A DNA stretch of 64,000 nucleotides from Minisyncoccia bacterium (GTDB lineage Bacteria; Patescibacteriota; Minisyncoccia; UBA6257; 2-01-FULL-56-20). Below, piece by piece: positions 32,977 to 41,126 of the stretch. The position numbers were made by a program, and so were the translations under genes. The notes under the pieces were generated by a model, which saw only the letters and a program-made list of their open reading frames with translations, had not been told where the DNA came from and made no database searches. The stretch lies in assembly GCA_050008535.1 (NCBI GenBank), contig JBEKML010000001.1:2246-66245 (forward strand). Direction: 5' to 3'. Position 1 is the stretch's first letter. Each line of letters begins with the position of its first letter.

Positions 32977-34023
32977 CTATGACCGTTTCCGGATGGAATT
33001 TACAATAGCTAAAAGGAAAAAATTGGCAAGCATGCTTGATCCGCCGTAGCTCACAAAGGGGAACGTGACGCCGACGACCGGCAAAAGTCCCGTCGTGGAA
33101 CCAGCGTTCAGAAAGAACTGGACTCCCAGCGCCATTGCGACGCCAAGGCAGATGAACTTTTCGAAATTTTCGTCGGCAAGCGCGCCGATCCTCAAGATCT
33201 GGAGCACGAGAAAGAAGAACGCCGCAATAACGACGAGCCCGCCTATTATCCCCCATTCCTCAATGATTGCGGCAAGAATAAAATCCTCCGACGGTTCCGA
33301 AAGAAATCCAAGTTGGGTTTCCGTCCCCTGCCCGTATCCCTTGCCGAAAAGCCCCGCCGACCCGATCGCGATCTTTGCCTGTGTTGCACTGTAATTGATC
33401 CCCAAGACATTCTCCTGCGGATAAAGAAATCCTACGATCCGCGCCCGGTGATAATCCTTGAGAACATATGTCCAAACGAGCCCGGTCGCAAGAACAAGAA
33501 CAATGACCGCCGCAAGTACCCTCTTCGGCGGAAGCCCCGAAAGAAGGAGGAAGCCGAACCAGATGCAAAAGAAGATGACCGCCGATCCAAGGTCGGGCAA
33601 TTGCACCGCGATCGCCGCGGGAACCACAAAAAAGAAAAAGGAGGTGATGATGTTCGTGAGCCGCGCAACGGCAAGATGACGCCGGCTGAAATAATTGGCG
33701 TATAAAAAAATGATCGCCACCTTCATGAGTTCCACCGGCTGAAGCGTGAAGGGTCCGAACACGAGCCAGCTTCTCGTATTCCGAATGACCGGCCCCTTGA
33801 AATACGCGAGGAGCATCAGGGCAAGCACCAAAAAATAGAACCCCCAAATGACCCAGCGCGCATTGAACACCGACCGCCAGTCAACATAGAGAAAAAGCAC
33901 CACGAGGCTGACGCCGAGCGCCACCCAGAGCAGCTGGAGATAAAAAAGGTGCAGCGAGACCGCCGAAAGCAAAATGAGCCCGGCCGCGACCAAGATACCA
34001 ACCGGAAGAAAGAGGATAGGCAT
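32977..34023 (-). CDS. rodA: SEDS family peptidoglycan polymerase (RodA/FtsW)
   Basis: 'RSWLVFGPFTLQPVELMK', 'PDLGSA', 'IAIGSAGLFGKG', 'PFVSYGGSS'. Confidence 0.85.
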   Translation of the reverse strand: MPILFLPVGILVAAGLILLSAVSLHLFYLQLLWVALGVSLVVLFLYVDWRSVFNARWVIWGFYFLVLALMLLAYFKGPVIRNTRSWLVFGPFTLQPVELMKVAIIFLYANYFSRRHLAVARLTNIITSFFFFVVPAAIAVQLPDLGSAVIFFCIWFGFLLLSGLPPKRVLAAVIVLVLATGLVWTYVLKDYHRARIVGFLYPQENVLGINYSATQAKIAIGSAGLFGKGYGQGTETQLGFLSEPSEDFILAAIIEEWGIIGGLVVIAAFFFLVLQILRIGALADENFEKFICLGVAMALGVQFFLNAGSTTGLLPVVGVTFPFVSYGGSSMLANFFLLAIVNSIRKRS

Positions 34024-34036
34024 AAGAAAAAGCGTA

Positions 34037-34816
34037 TTACGACCGGAGCGCGTAGGCAAAGACCTTCGTAAGCGACGGGACGACGCTCGGCACCGTTGGA
34101 TACGCCACGGAAAAATCCTCGGTTTGGTTCGGCGCGATCGCGTCAAGCATGGTTTGTGAAGCACCGACCGGCTTGCCGTTCTTATCGTAGAAAATAGCGA
34201 CGATAAATATATTGTTGAATGCCGCAATATCGCCGTCGGCAACCTGTCCCGTCACCGTAATGCTGCTTGACGAAATCGTGGTGCCCGTGATCGGCAAAGG
34301 AGCGCCGCGCGAATTCCCCAATTGCGGCACAAGGCCCATTGCGGAGCCGGTCGTCCATGTGGTGCTTCCTATCACAAGTGCGGCATGATCCACCGTGGTT
34401 GTAACGTTCACATTAGGGATCAGGAGGTACTTCACTTCGCTTGCATAAATGAAGGATTGGCCGGGGACCGATCCAATAAGCGCCCCCGAGGCATCATAGA
34501 GATCGAATGAATAACCAAAGCCCGGAGAAGCGAATCCTGCATTGTGATTTTCCACCTCCGCGAGGAAGGTATAATGCCCGGGACTTGAAACAAATGTCTG
34601 AACGTTTCCTACGGTAATACTAAGTGTTTCCGATGGAACGCACACCTTGGCGCACGGTCCGCCGCAGTCCACGCCCGCTTCTCCCTGGTTTTGCACATTG
34701 TCAAAGCACGACGGCGCCCGATAAAAAAACAAAAAATAGATGCCCAGGGCGATACCGACGAGCACAACAAGGTAAAGCACGCCGTAGATCATCTGCTTCA
34801 TCCACCGTGGGGTCAT
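34037..34816 (-). CDS. Membrane-anchored hypothetical protein with a Cys motif and C-terminal FxLYD-like domain
   Basis: N-terminal TM, 'SCFDNVQNQGEAGVDCGGPC', 'FDLYD', 'AIFYDKNGKPVGAS'. Confidence 0.65.
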   Translation of the reverse strand: MTPRWMKQMIYGVLYLVVLVGIALGIYFLFFYRAPSCFDNVQNQGEAGVDCGGPCAKVCVPSETLSITVGNVQTFVSSPGHYTFLAEVENHNAGFASPGFGYSFDLYDASGALIGSVPGQSFIYASEVKYLLIPNVNVTTTVDHAALVIGSTTWTTGSAMGLVPQLGNSRGAPLPITGTTISSSSITVTGQVADGDIAAFNNIFIVAIFYDKNGKPVGASQTMLDAIAPNQTEDFSVAYPTVPSVVPSLTKVFAYALRS

Positions 34817-34838
34817 GGGTTCATTATAACGGATTTAC

Positions 34839-34879
34839 CCAAATCTAAGGTCGTAAGCAACTTATGAACTTAGGTTTGG
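34839..34879. repeat. Imperfect palindrome containing a 27-bp motif repeated at 35331
   Basis: CCAAATCTAAGGTCGTAAG caa CTTATGAACTTAGGTTTGG; 16 of 19 positions are complementary. Confidence 0.75.
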
Positions 34880-34922
34880 AGGGGGGTGTGCTCGGGCGTG
34901 GTGCCTGGCTCCTCCCCTTCCC

Positions 34923-35318
34923 TTAAGTGATCGGGTGGCAGGAAAGCGGGGAGATGCCCCTTCTCTTCCTGCGCTTCCCTGGCGGATCGTTCAGCTCGAG
35001 ATCCACATCCACCGAGTAATCGGCGTTAATCGCGGTGATTCTTGCGGGCCCGCCATTGTAGGTAACGGGCTGGCCCGTCACGAGCCCCCTTCCAACCACC
35101 ACGACCATGTTACGTGCAGCATGGCAACGATTCGATAGAGCGGCCGCCTCCTCCCTGAACCTTGTGGGGGGAGCGTCGACGCCAAGAATGACCCTGACAT
35201 TCCTGATGATCTCGGCTCGCCGCGCAGGGTCTCGCCTGCACCGGTGGTAATACTCCTCGAGCAGCCTTTCGCATAGATCCAACTGCTCATCTGCCAACAA
35301 CGGAATTGGCGTAGACAT
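34923..35318 (-). CDS. Hypothetical protein
   Basis: 131-aa ORF with strong SD AAGGAGG before the ATG; no recognised motif. Confidence 0.6.
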   Translation of the reverse strand: MSTPIPLLADEQLDLCERLLEEYYHRCRRDPARRAEIIRNVRVILGVDAPPTRFREEAAALSNRCHAARNMVVVVGRGLVTGQPVTYNGGPARITAINADYSVDVDLELNDPPGKRRKRRGISPLSCHPIT

Positions 35319-35330
35319 TGCCGCCTCCTT

Positions 35331-35357
35331 GTCGTAAGTATTTTATGAACTTAGGTT
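35331..35357. repeat. Second copy of the GTCGTAAG-N4-TTATGAACTTAGGTT motif
   Basis: 24/27 identical to 34850-34876, in direct orientation. Confidence 0.75.
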
Positions 35358-35368
35358 GGGGGGCGATG

Positions 35369-35638
35369 TTACTCGCCCACCTCCTTCTTCTTTCTGCCGA
35401 GAACGACCCCGCAGGCAATCGCGGAGACCACGGTAAGGACGGCGAAGGCCTGAGTGCCGACCTTCCTCGCAGCCACCTCTTCCTTCACGGAACCGGCAAG
35501 GGCTGTGTTGCCCTGTTCTCCCTGGGCAAGGCAGGCGCTCTGCCCGAGAGAGATTCCCCAGTTCGTTGCGTTGTAGAGGGAGAGATAGCCGAACACCAGC
35601 GCAAGAAGCGCCAGCAAGACCACGAGACGCTTTCTCAT
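35369..35638 (-). CDS. Small two-TM hypothetical protein
   Basis: SD GAGGTGA before ATG 35638; two hydrophobic segments. Confidence 0.55.
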   Translation of the reverse strand: MRKRLVVLLALLALVFGYLSLYNATNWGISLGQSACLAQGEQGNTALAGSVKEEVAARKVGTQAFAVLTVVSAIACGVVLGRKKKEVGE

Positions 35639-35694
35639 GAGATAGCTCACCTCAGAGCTGTGCTTGTTATAGCCTATTTATAGAATTATGTCCA

Positions 35695-35716
35695 GTGCAC
35701 GGGACGGGATTTGAAC
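35695..35716 (-). other. Orphan tRNA 3'-half fragment (att-like scar)
   Basis: Reverse complement GTTCAAATCCCGTCCCGTGCAC; no 5' half. Confidence 0.6.
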
Positions 35717-35737
35717 AAATAACAAAAAACGGCCCTT

Positions 35738-35860
35738 TGATGTCGGCACATCCTACTTTCCCCGCAGGCGAACCCGCAAGTATCATCGGATCGGGGCGCT
35801 TTCACTTCTCTGTTCGGAATGGGAAGAGGTGGGACACGCCCGAATAAAGCACCGACATCA
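35738..35860 (-). rRNA. rrf: 5S rRNA
   Basis: Terminal helix TGATGTCGG/CCGACATCA and conserved 'CCTCTTCCCATTCCGAACAGAGAAGTGAAA' and 'GGGAAAGTAGG' on the minus strand. Ends approximate. Confidence 0.93.
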
Positions 35861-35872
35861 AAAGGTCGTTCA

Positions 35873-35936
35873 CAGACAGGTATGCGTTTTGGCAACAGTA
35901 CTAAGAAGGGCTGTTGCCAAAACGCATACCTGTCTG
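35873..35936. repeat. Conserved-loop palindrome, copy 3 (loop inverted relative to copy 4)
   Basis: 26-bp perfect arms CAGACAGGTATGCGTTTTGGCAACAG / CTGTTGCCAAAACGCATACCTGTCTG, loop TACTAAGAAGGG. Confidence 0.95.
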
Positions 35937-35961
35937 CTCACTCTCTTTGAACATTGATTGA

Positions 35962-36031
35962 GTGTTTGCCAAATAGCGTTTGGACGAGAGCCCTTCTTAG
36001 TACTCTCGGACAAACGCTATTTGGCAAACAC
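35962..36031. repeat. Conserved-loop palindrome, copy 4
   Basis: 29-bp arms with 2 mismatches, GTGTTTGCCAAATAGCGTTTGGACGAGAG / CTCTCGGACAAACGCTATTTGGCAAACAC, loop CCCTTCTTAGTA. Confidence 0.95.
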
Positions 36032-36157
36032 GAAGTCAGCATTGGGATGGTTGGCGGGATTATTAGTACTCCTTGGCTGAAGCCATTGCTGGCCTTACAC
36101 CTAGAGCCTATCAACGTGGTAGTCTTCCACGAAATCACGCACACCTAATCTTGGGGT

Positions 36158-36191
<34 letters not shown>

Positions 36192-36333
36192 CTTCCATAC
36201 ATAGCTACCCGGCAGTTCACCTGGTGGCAAAGCCGGTAGACCAGAGGTATGTTCAGCCCAGTCCTCTCGTACTAAGGCCAACTCCCCTCAAGTGTTAAAC
36301 GCCTGCAGCAGATAGAGACCGACCTGTCTCACG

Positions 36334-37086
36334 CAATATATTATTTCACGCCATTGCTGGCGGTTTGGACTATACCACCATCTCGATCCACACCGAGATG
36401 ACCGACGTTTTATGGAATTTTTCTTCCATCCAATCCCTTAGATTGAGTCTCTACGGGGTCAATGTATATAGCTTTCGCTTCTTTGAATAATTCAATTCTC
36501 TGAAACGATCTACGGTCTTCATCAGCACGTGAAAATCGCCTTGATTTTTCACATTCGCTTTTTTATCCAAGACTTCCAGCATAAGCATCGCTTGATCCTT
36601 TTTCATAATGAGGTACGGCTGAACTATATCAAGAAATGCGCGGATAGCGCCTTCTCTCGCAATAGTATATTCAACCATGCCGTCATTTCTCTCTCGGAAA
36701 TAACCGAGGTTGACGAAGGAACAAACTTGCTTGAACTTTTTCAGTTCTTTTTTGGATTGGAACAACACAATATACGGTGCTACTTGAAATCCGTACCGAT
36801 ATTCGGCATTAGGTTTCAATCGCACGTAAATGCTTCCATCTCCATCTAGAAATCCTGCAATATATGCTTTTTGTGCTGACGAAAGACTTTTCATACACGA
36901 CTTCCCTCGGTATTATCCTATAATCACCCACTCATGCAAAATATCTTTTAATATATTTTTAATGAGCATTGTGGTATGTCCACAGGTCATGGACATTAGG
37001 ACTTCACCGATATGAGTCGATTTATGCACCCTAACGTTGCCGCTAGGGGCCGCCGTGTTCGATTATCGTTAAGGGTTCTTTGGTTG
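36334..37086 (-). mobile_element. Group I intron in 23S at the E. coli 2593 equivalent
   Basis: Exons rejoin as CAGACCGU|CGUGAGACAG. The 5' exon ends in U and the intron ends in G. Core-like segments: 'AAATCGACTCATATCGGTGAA', 'AATACCGAGGGAAG', 'CGTAGAGACT', 'GGTATAGTCC'. Confidence 0.9.
36451..36894 (-). CDS. Single-motif LAGLIDADG homing endonuclease (I-CreI-like)
   Basis: 'YIAGFLDGDGSIYVRLKPN...YRYGFQ'; 147 aa; lies inside the intron. Confidence 0.92.
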   Translation of the reverse strand: MKSLSSAQKAYIAGFLDGDGSIYVRLKPNAEYRYGFQVAPYIVLFQSKKELKKFKQVCSFVNLGYFRERNDGMVEYTIAREGAIRAFLDIVQPYLIMKKDQAMLMLEVLDKKANVKNQGDFHVLMKTVDRFRELNYSKKRKLYTLTP

Positions 37087-38493
37087 ACGGTCTGAACCCA
37101 GCTCACGTGCCACTTTAATTGGCGAACAGCCAAACGCTTGGGAGCTTCTTCACCCCCGCGCTGTGGCGAGCCGACATCGAGGTGCCGAGCGAAGTCGTCG
37201 ATAGGAACTCTCGGACTTCACCAGCCTGTTATCCCCGGAGTAGCTTTTATCCGGTGTCTCCGGCCTTTCTATCAAGAGTTTAATGAATCGTAAGAAACAA
37301 TAAACGTAGCCGTCGGGTCACTAACTTCTGCTTTCGCACCTGCTCGACTTGTAGGTCTCGCAGTCAAGCCGGCTTTTGCGTTTGCACGTCCTGCCCGATT
37401 TCCATCCGGGCTAAGCCGACCTTAATAAACTCCTCCGTTACTTTTTTGGAGGAAAACGCCCCATTTAAACTGCCTACCAAGCACTGTCTCAGCCGGGTTT
37501 ATGCTTGCGCACTTCCCAGCCGGTTAGTCTTTAAAATCTTAAAGATGGCTGTTTCATTGTCGGATCCACCGCCCCCGAGAGGGCGGCTTCAAATCCTCAC
37601 CACTACGCTACGCATCAAGATTCTAAAGACAATACCAAGCTGCAGTAAAGCTTCCGGGGTCTTTTCGTCCCGCTGCAGGTATCCCGCGTCTTCACGGGAA
37701 TCGCATTTTCACCGAGCTTGCCTCTGAGACAGTTCTCCAGTCGTTACGAGCACCGCACCTTGCGGCACGGCACCCCCAACCTTGACCTTCTCGCATCGGT
37801 CAGGCGTCACCCCCTATACATCCTCTTGCGAGTTAGCAGGGAGCTGTGTTTTTGGTAAACAGTCGCCAGAGAGACTTTCGCTGCGGCCCCTCAATAAAGA
37901 AGGGCAGGCCATATTGCTAACTTACGGCCGCTTTTTTGCCGAGTTCCTTAGAGGCAAATCACTCGTTCCCCTTGGGCTTCTCGCCCTATCTACCAGTGTC
38001 GGTTTACGGTACGGATCCTCTGTAACGTTACCGTCGTGCTTTTCTCGGAAGGCTCTTCACGCGTGTTAGTGAGGTAAATTCCTCACCTTCCGCCAATCCT
38101 CGCTTGAACTTCGGACCAGCGATACCAAACCAATAAGGCATACGCACTTATTTCCTTCGCACACGACGGATAATCACAAAGGAGGGCTGGAATATTAACC
38201 AGCATTCCATCAGCTGCGGCTTTCGCCATCGCCTTAGGACCGCCTAACCCGTGGTTGATTGCCAGTGCCACGGAAACCTTGGATTTTCGGGGTTCCAATT
38301 TCTCATTGGGATTGTGGTTACTCATGCCAACATTTTCTCTTCCGGCCGCTCCAAACGCCCTCGCGGGTCGATCTTCGCTGCAGACCGGAATGCTCTCCTA
38401 CCGCGCATGGACTTCATAGAGGAGGCCAAGCGAACATATGCTCGCCTCGCACTCCGATAATTATTGCTATTCGTGTTGACCGCCCAGGAGGGG

Positions 38494-38570
38494 TGGTCGG
38501 GCCGGTGGGATTTGAACCCACGACTTCCGAGGCCCGAGCTCGGCGCGCTACCAGGCTGCGCCACGGCCCG
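38494..38570 (-). tRNA. tRNA-Pro(CGG) with encoded CCA, inside the 23S IVS
   Basis: Reverse complement CGGGCCGTGGCGCAGCCTGGTAGCGCGCCGAGCTCGGGCCTCGGAAGTCGTGGGTTCAAATCCCACCGGCCCGACCA is a complete 77-nt cloverleaf. Confidence 0.92.
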
Positions 38571-38579
38571 CCACACGAA

Positions 38580-38674
38580 TGGCGGAGGGGCACGGGGATT
38601 CCTCCCCGCGCCAAGCCAAAACTACCGTACATGGCCTCCCAACAGCACGCTTGCGCATGCCAAGGCGCCCCTCC
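38580..38674 (-). ncRNA. tRNA-like element (Ser-like acceptor stem, G discriminator, CCA), non-canonical body
   Basis: GGAGGGG...CCCCTCC-G-CCA; T-arm-like CGCGGGG-AGGAAT-CCCCGTG; internal GCAA-tetraloop hairpin. Confidence 0.65.
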
Positions 38675-38703
38675 ATGAAACAAAACAAAGAGCTACTAAG
38701 AGA

Positions 38704-38791
38704 TGGTGGAGCGGGGGAGAGTCGAACTCCCCTATGGCCCCGTAGTAATCGCGCACCGAAATGCAATGCGCGCACACACAGGCCGCGCCCC
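38704..38791 (-). ncRNA. tRNA-Ala-like element (G3.U70, A73, CCA) lacking a normal D-arm
   Basis: GGGGCG...GGGGAG-TTCGACT-CTCCCC-CGCTCC-A-CCA; hairpin CGCGCA/TGCGCG whose loop contains TTGCA. Confidence 0.7.
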
Positions 38792-39540
38792 ACAACTCTT
38801 CACGAAACAAACTACTCCTCTATGAAGTCCACGCACCCGTATCTTCGGTACCATGCTTAGCCCCGGTACATTTTCGGCGCCACCACCCATCGAATAGTGA
38901 GTTGTTACACACTCTTTAAAGGATGGCTACCTCTAAGCCAACCTCCTATCTGTCTATGGGTGATGACTACCTTTCACACTTAGCATGGATTTGGGGACCT
39001 TAGATAACGGTCTGGGCTCTTCCCCTCGCGACCACGGAGCTTAGCCCCCGCAGTCTGACTAGGGTAATACCACCACGGTATTCGGAGTTTGATTGACTCG
39101 TCGGCCTTTCGGCCTTTACGAATCATCCAGTGCTCTACCCCCGTGGCTACCTTACCCCGCTAGTCCTAAAACTATTTCGGAGAGAACCAGCTATTACCAA
39201 ATTCGATTAGCTTTTCACTCCTTACCTCAGCTCATCCGAAGGTGTTGAACAACCCACCGGTTCGGGCCTCCCCTTCGATTTCTCGAAGGTTCACCCTGGC
39301 CAAGGCAAGCTCATCTGGCTTCGGGTCTACCTTGTGATGCCATAGTTCGCCCTATTAAGACTCGCTTTCGCTGTGCCTCCGCGCTTTCGCGCTTAGACAA
39401 GCAACACAAGATAAGTCGTTGGCTCATTCTTCAATAGGCACATTGTTGCACTCGTCCGCGGATTGCTCCGCGATCGTTCGTGCTTCAATTCCTTGTAGAC
39501 AAATGGTTTCAGGTTCTATTTCAACGGCCTCACCGGCCTG

Positions 39541-39577
<37 letters not shown>

Positions 39578-40392
39578 ATCTAGAAAAGTATTTAGCCTTC
39601 AAGTTGAAAAACTAAGGAGATCATTAGTTTTCGCCTACGGGGCTATCACCCGCTCTGGCGCCGTCTTTCCAGGCGGCTTCGGCTAACCAACGATTTTTTT
39701 ACTCCTCCACCTCGATAGCCAATAGCCACCCGGGAAAAACCCGAGTCGCTATTAGCTAAAAAGAGCGTCTTCCTCTTATTACCCCAAGGTCCGATCTTGC
39801 GATCAGAACCTTAGTTTGGGCTCTTCCCTGTTCTCTCGCCGATACTAAGGGAATAAACTTTTGTTCTTTGTTCCTCTGGCTACTGAAATGTTTTACTTCG
39901 CCAAGTACGCGAATCGGCTTGCGCCGAAACGATTGCGGGTTACGCAATCAGGTTTCCCCATTCGGAAATCCCCGGATCACAGGTTGCTACGCACCTCCCC
40001 GAGGCGTATCGTCGCTACGCCACGTCCTTCATCGCCTTTTCTAGTCAAGGCATCCACCATTCGCCCTTAATGCCAACCATCCCAATGCTGACTTACTAAC
40101 TGCTCTGCCTGCCAAGAGAAATTGCGCGCTTTGTGAAAATGCGATTGTCGATAGCGCGTGTCCGGCACAATACCAGACATAATAATGGCGCAGAGCTTCT
40201 TATACCATACTCCGACTCTACAATTCGGAGCCGCCCAATGACTACCAAGGCGGACGATGTTAAATTGCGTTCCATGCACGAATCCCGGGAAAAAAATCAG
40301 CCGCACACGGCGGCCGCCCCAGTGCGCAAAAACGCGCGGTTCAGCCGCAATGCTTTTGGAGGATTATTTTCGCGTTCATTCGTACGAGGTCT

Positions 40393-40420
40393 ATTATACG
40401 CGGCGGCAAAATAGTGTCAA
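40393..40420 (-). promoter_or_regulatory. Sigma70 promoter of the 23S-5S unit
   Basis: Perfect TTGACA-16 nt-TATAAT on the minus strand, ~310 nt upstream of 23S. Confidence 0.85.
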
Positions 40421-40501
40421 GTGGGCGAAAATCCCACACTAGACCGATAAAGGAAAATCCTATATGGTCATTAGAGAAATCTTCGGTTCCAAGGAGGGAC
40501 C

Positions 40502-40873
40502 ATGTCCATGTTTGTTCGCGTAGGCGCGGTTTTGCTTCTCGCCCTATCCCTTTGCGCCGTCGGGCAAGAGGCTCCCAAAAGCGGCGAAACGACGCCGTGC
40601 GCACCGAAGACGCCGGGCTACATAGAGTTTGCCTGCGCAGATATCGTCGTGCCGCCGCCGCAGAAAAACGGGAGTGGAGCGGCCGTGAGTAATGACGAGC
40701 AAAAAGCGCTGTCCAGGATACTGGCCATCAACCAGAGGACCATCCTCATGGCTCAGTACCTGACGGATAAAGAAAAATGGCACGCGAATGTGCCGAGGCT
40801 CGTTCTCGAAACAAAGAAACTGGCCGATAAGCTTTGCGAGCAGTTCAAGTGCGAAGCGAAGGCGGCCAAGTGA
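40502..40873 (+). CDS. Secreted hypothetical protein
   Basis: SD AAGGAGG; signal-peptide-like N-terminus; followed by a GC hairpin. Confidence 0.6.
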   Translation: MSMFVRVGAVLLLALSLCAVGQEAPKSGETTPCAPKTPGYIEFACADIVVPPPQKNGSGAAVSNDEQKALSRILAINQRTILMAQYLTDKEKWHANVPRLVLETKKLADKLCEQFKCEAKAAK

Positions 40874-40890
40874 AAGCACGGAGGCATTCA

Positions 40891-40913
40891 GGGGCGGCGC
40901 TCATCGTCGCCCC
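40891..40913 (+). terminator. Possible intrinsic terminator
   Basis: GGGGCGGCG-ctcat-CGTCGCCCC followed by T-rich sequence. Confidence 0.5.
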
Positions 40914-40966
40914 GATCCTTTAGTTTGAGTTTTTTTTGAAACAGGGTACTATTCAAGCACGGTAAA

Positions 40967-41037
40967 CGGGCCGTCGTATAGTGGTAGTATACACGCTTCG
41001 GGTGCGTGCGGTCTGGGTTCGATTCCCAGCGGCCCGA
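40967..41037 (+). tRNA. tRNA-Pro(CGG), CCA not encoded
   Basis: CGGGCCG...CACGC-TTCGGGT-GCGTG...CTGGGTTCGATTCCCAG-CGGCCCG-A. Confidence 0.93.
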
Positions 41038-41043
41038 CAAGAG

Positions 41044-41113
41044 AACATAAAGCAGGTACGGTTTGAAACGAGTACTAAGAAGGGCTCGTTTCAAACCGTA
41101 CCTGCTTTATGTT
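41044..41113. repeat. Conserved-loop palindrome, copy 5
   Basis: 29-bp perfect arms AACATAAAGCAGGTACGGTTTGAAACGAG / CTCGTTTCAAACCGTACCTGCTTTATGTT, loop TACTAAGAAGGG. Confidence 0.95.
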
Positions 41114-41126
41114 TGTTCGTTTTGCG

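Larger units (their letters stand above)
38405..38834 (-). mobile_element. Intervening sequence in 23S helix 45 carrying tRNA and tRNA-like elements
   Basis: Replaces the short helix between conserved 'GAATGCTCTCCTACC' and 'CTTCGGTACCATGCTTAGCCCC' (plus strand). Ends form a 20-bp RNA stem GCGUGGACUUCAUAGAGGAG / CUCCUCUAUGAAGUCCAUGC. Confidence 0.88.

Noticed and set aside
37480-37530. Divergent 23S P-loop stem (AAATGGGGCGTTTT, near 37452-37472) as a sign of pseudogenisation
   Set aside because: The changes are compensatory and the loop G residues are retained.
38704-38791. A genuine tmRNA gene
   Set aside because: Only 88 nt lie between the acceptor strands, with no tag reading frame or pseudoknots, so it is kept as a tRNA-like element.
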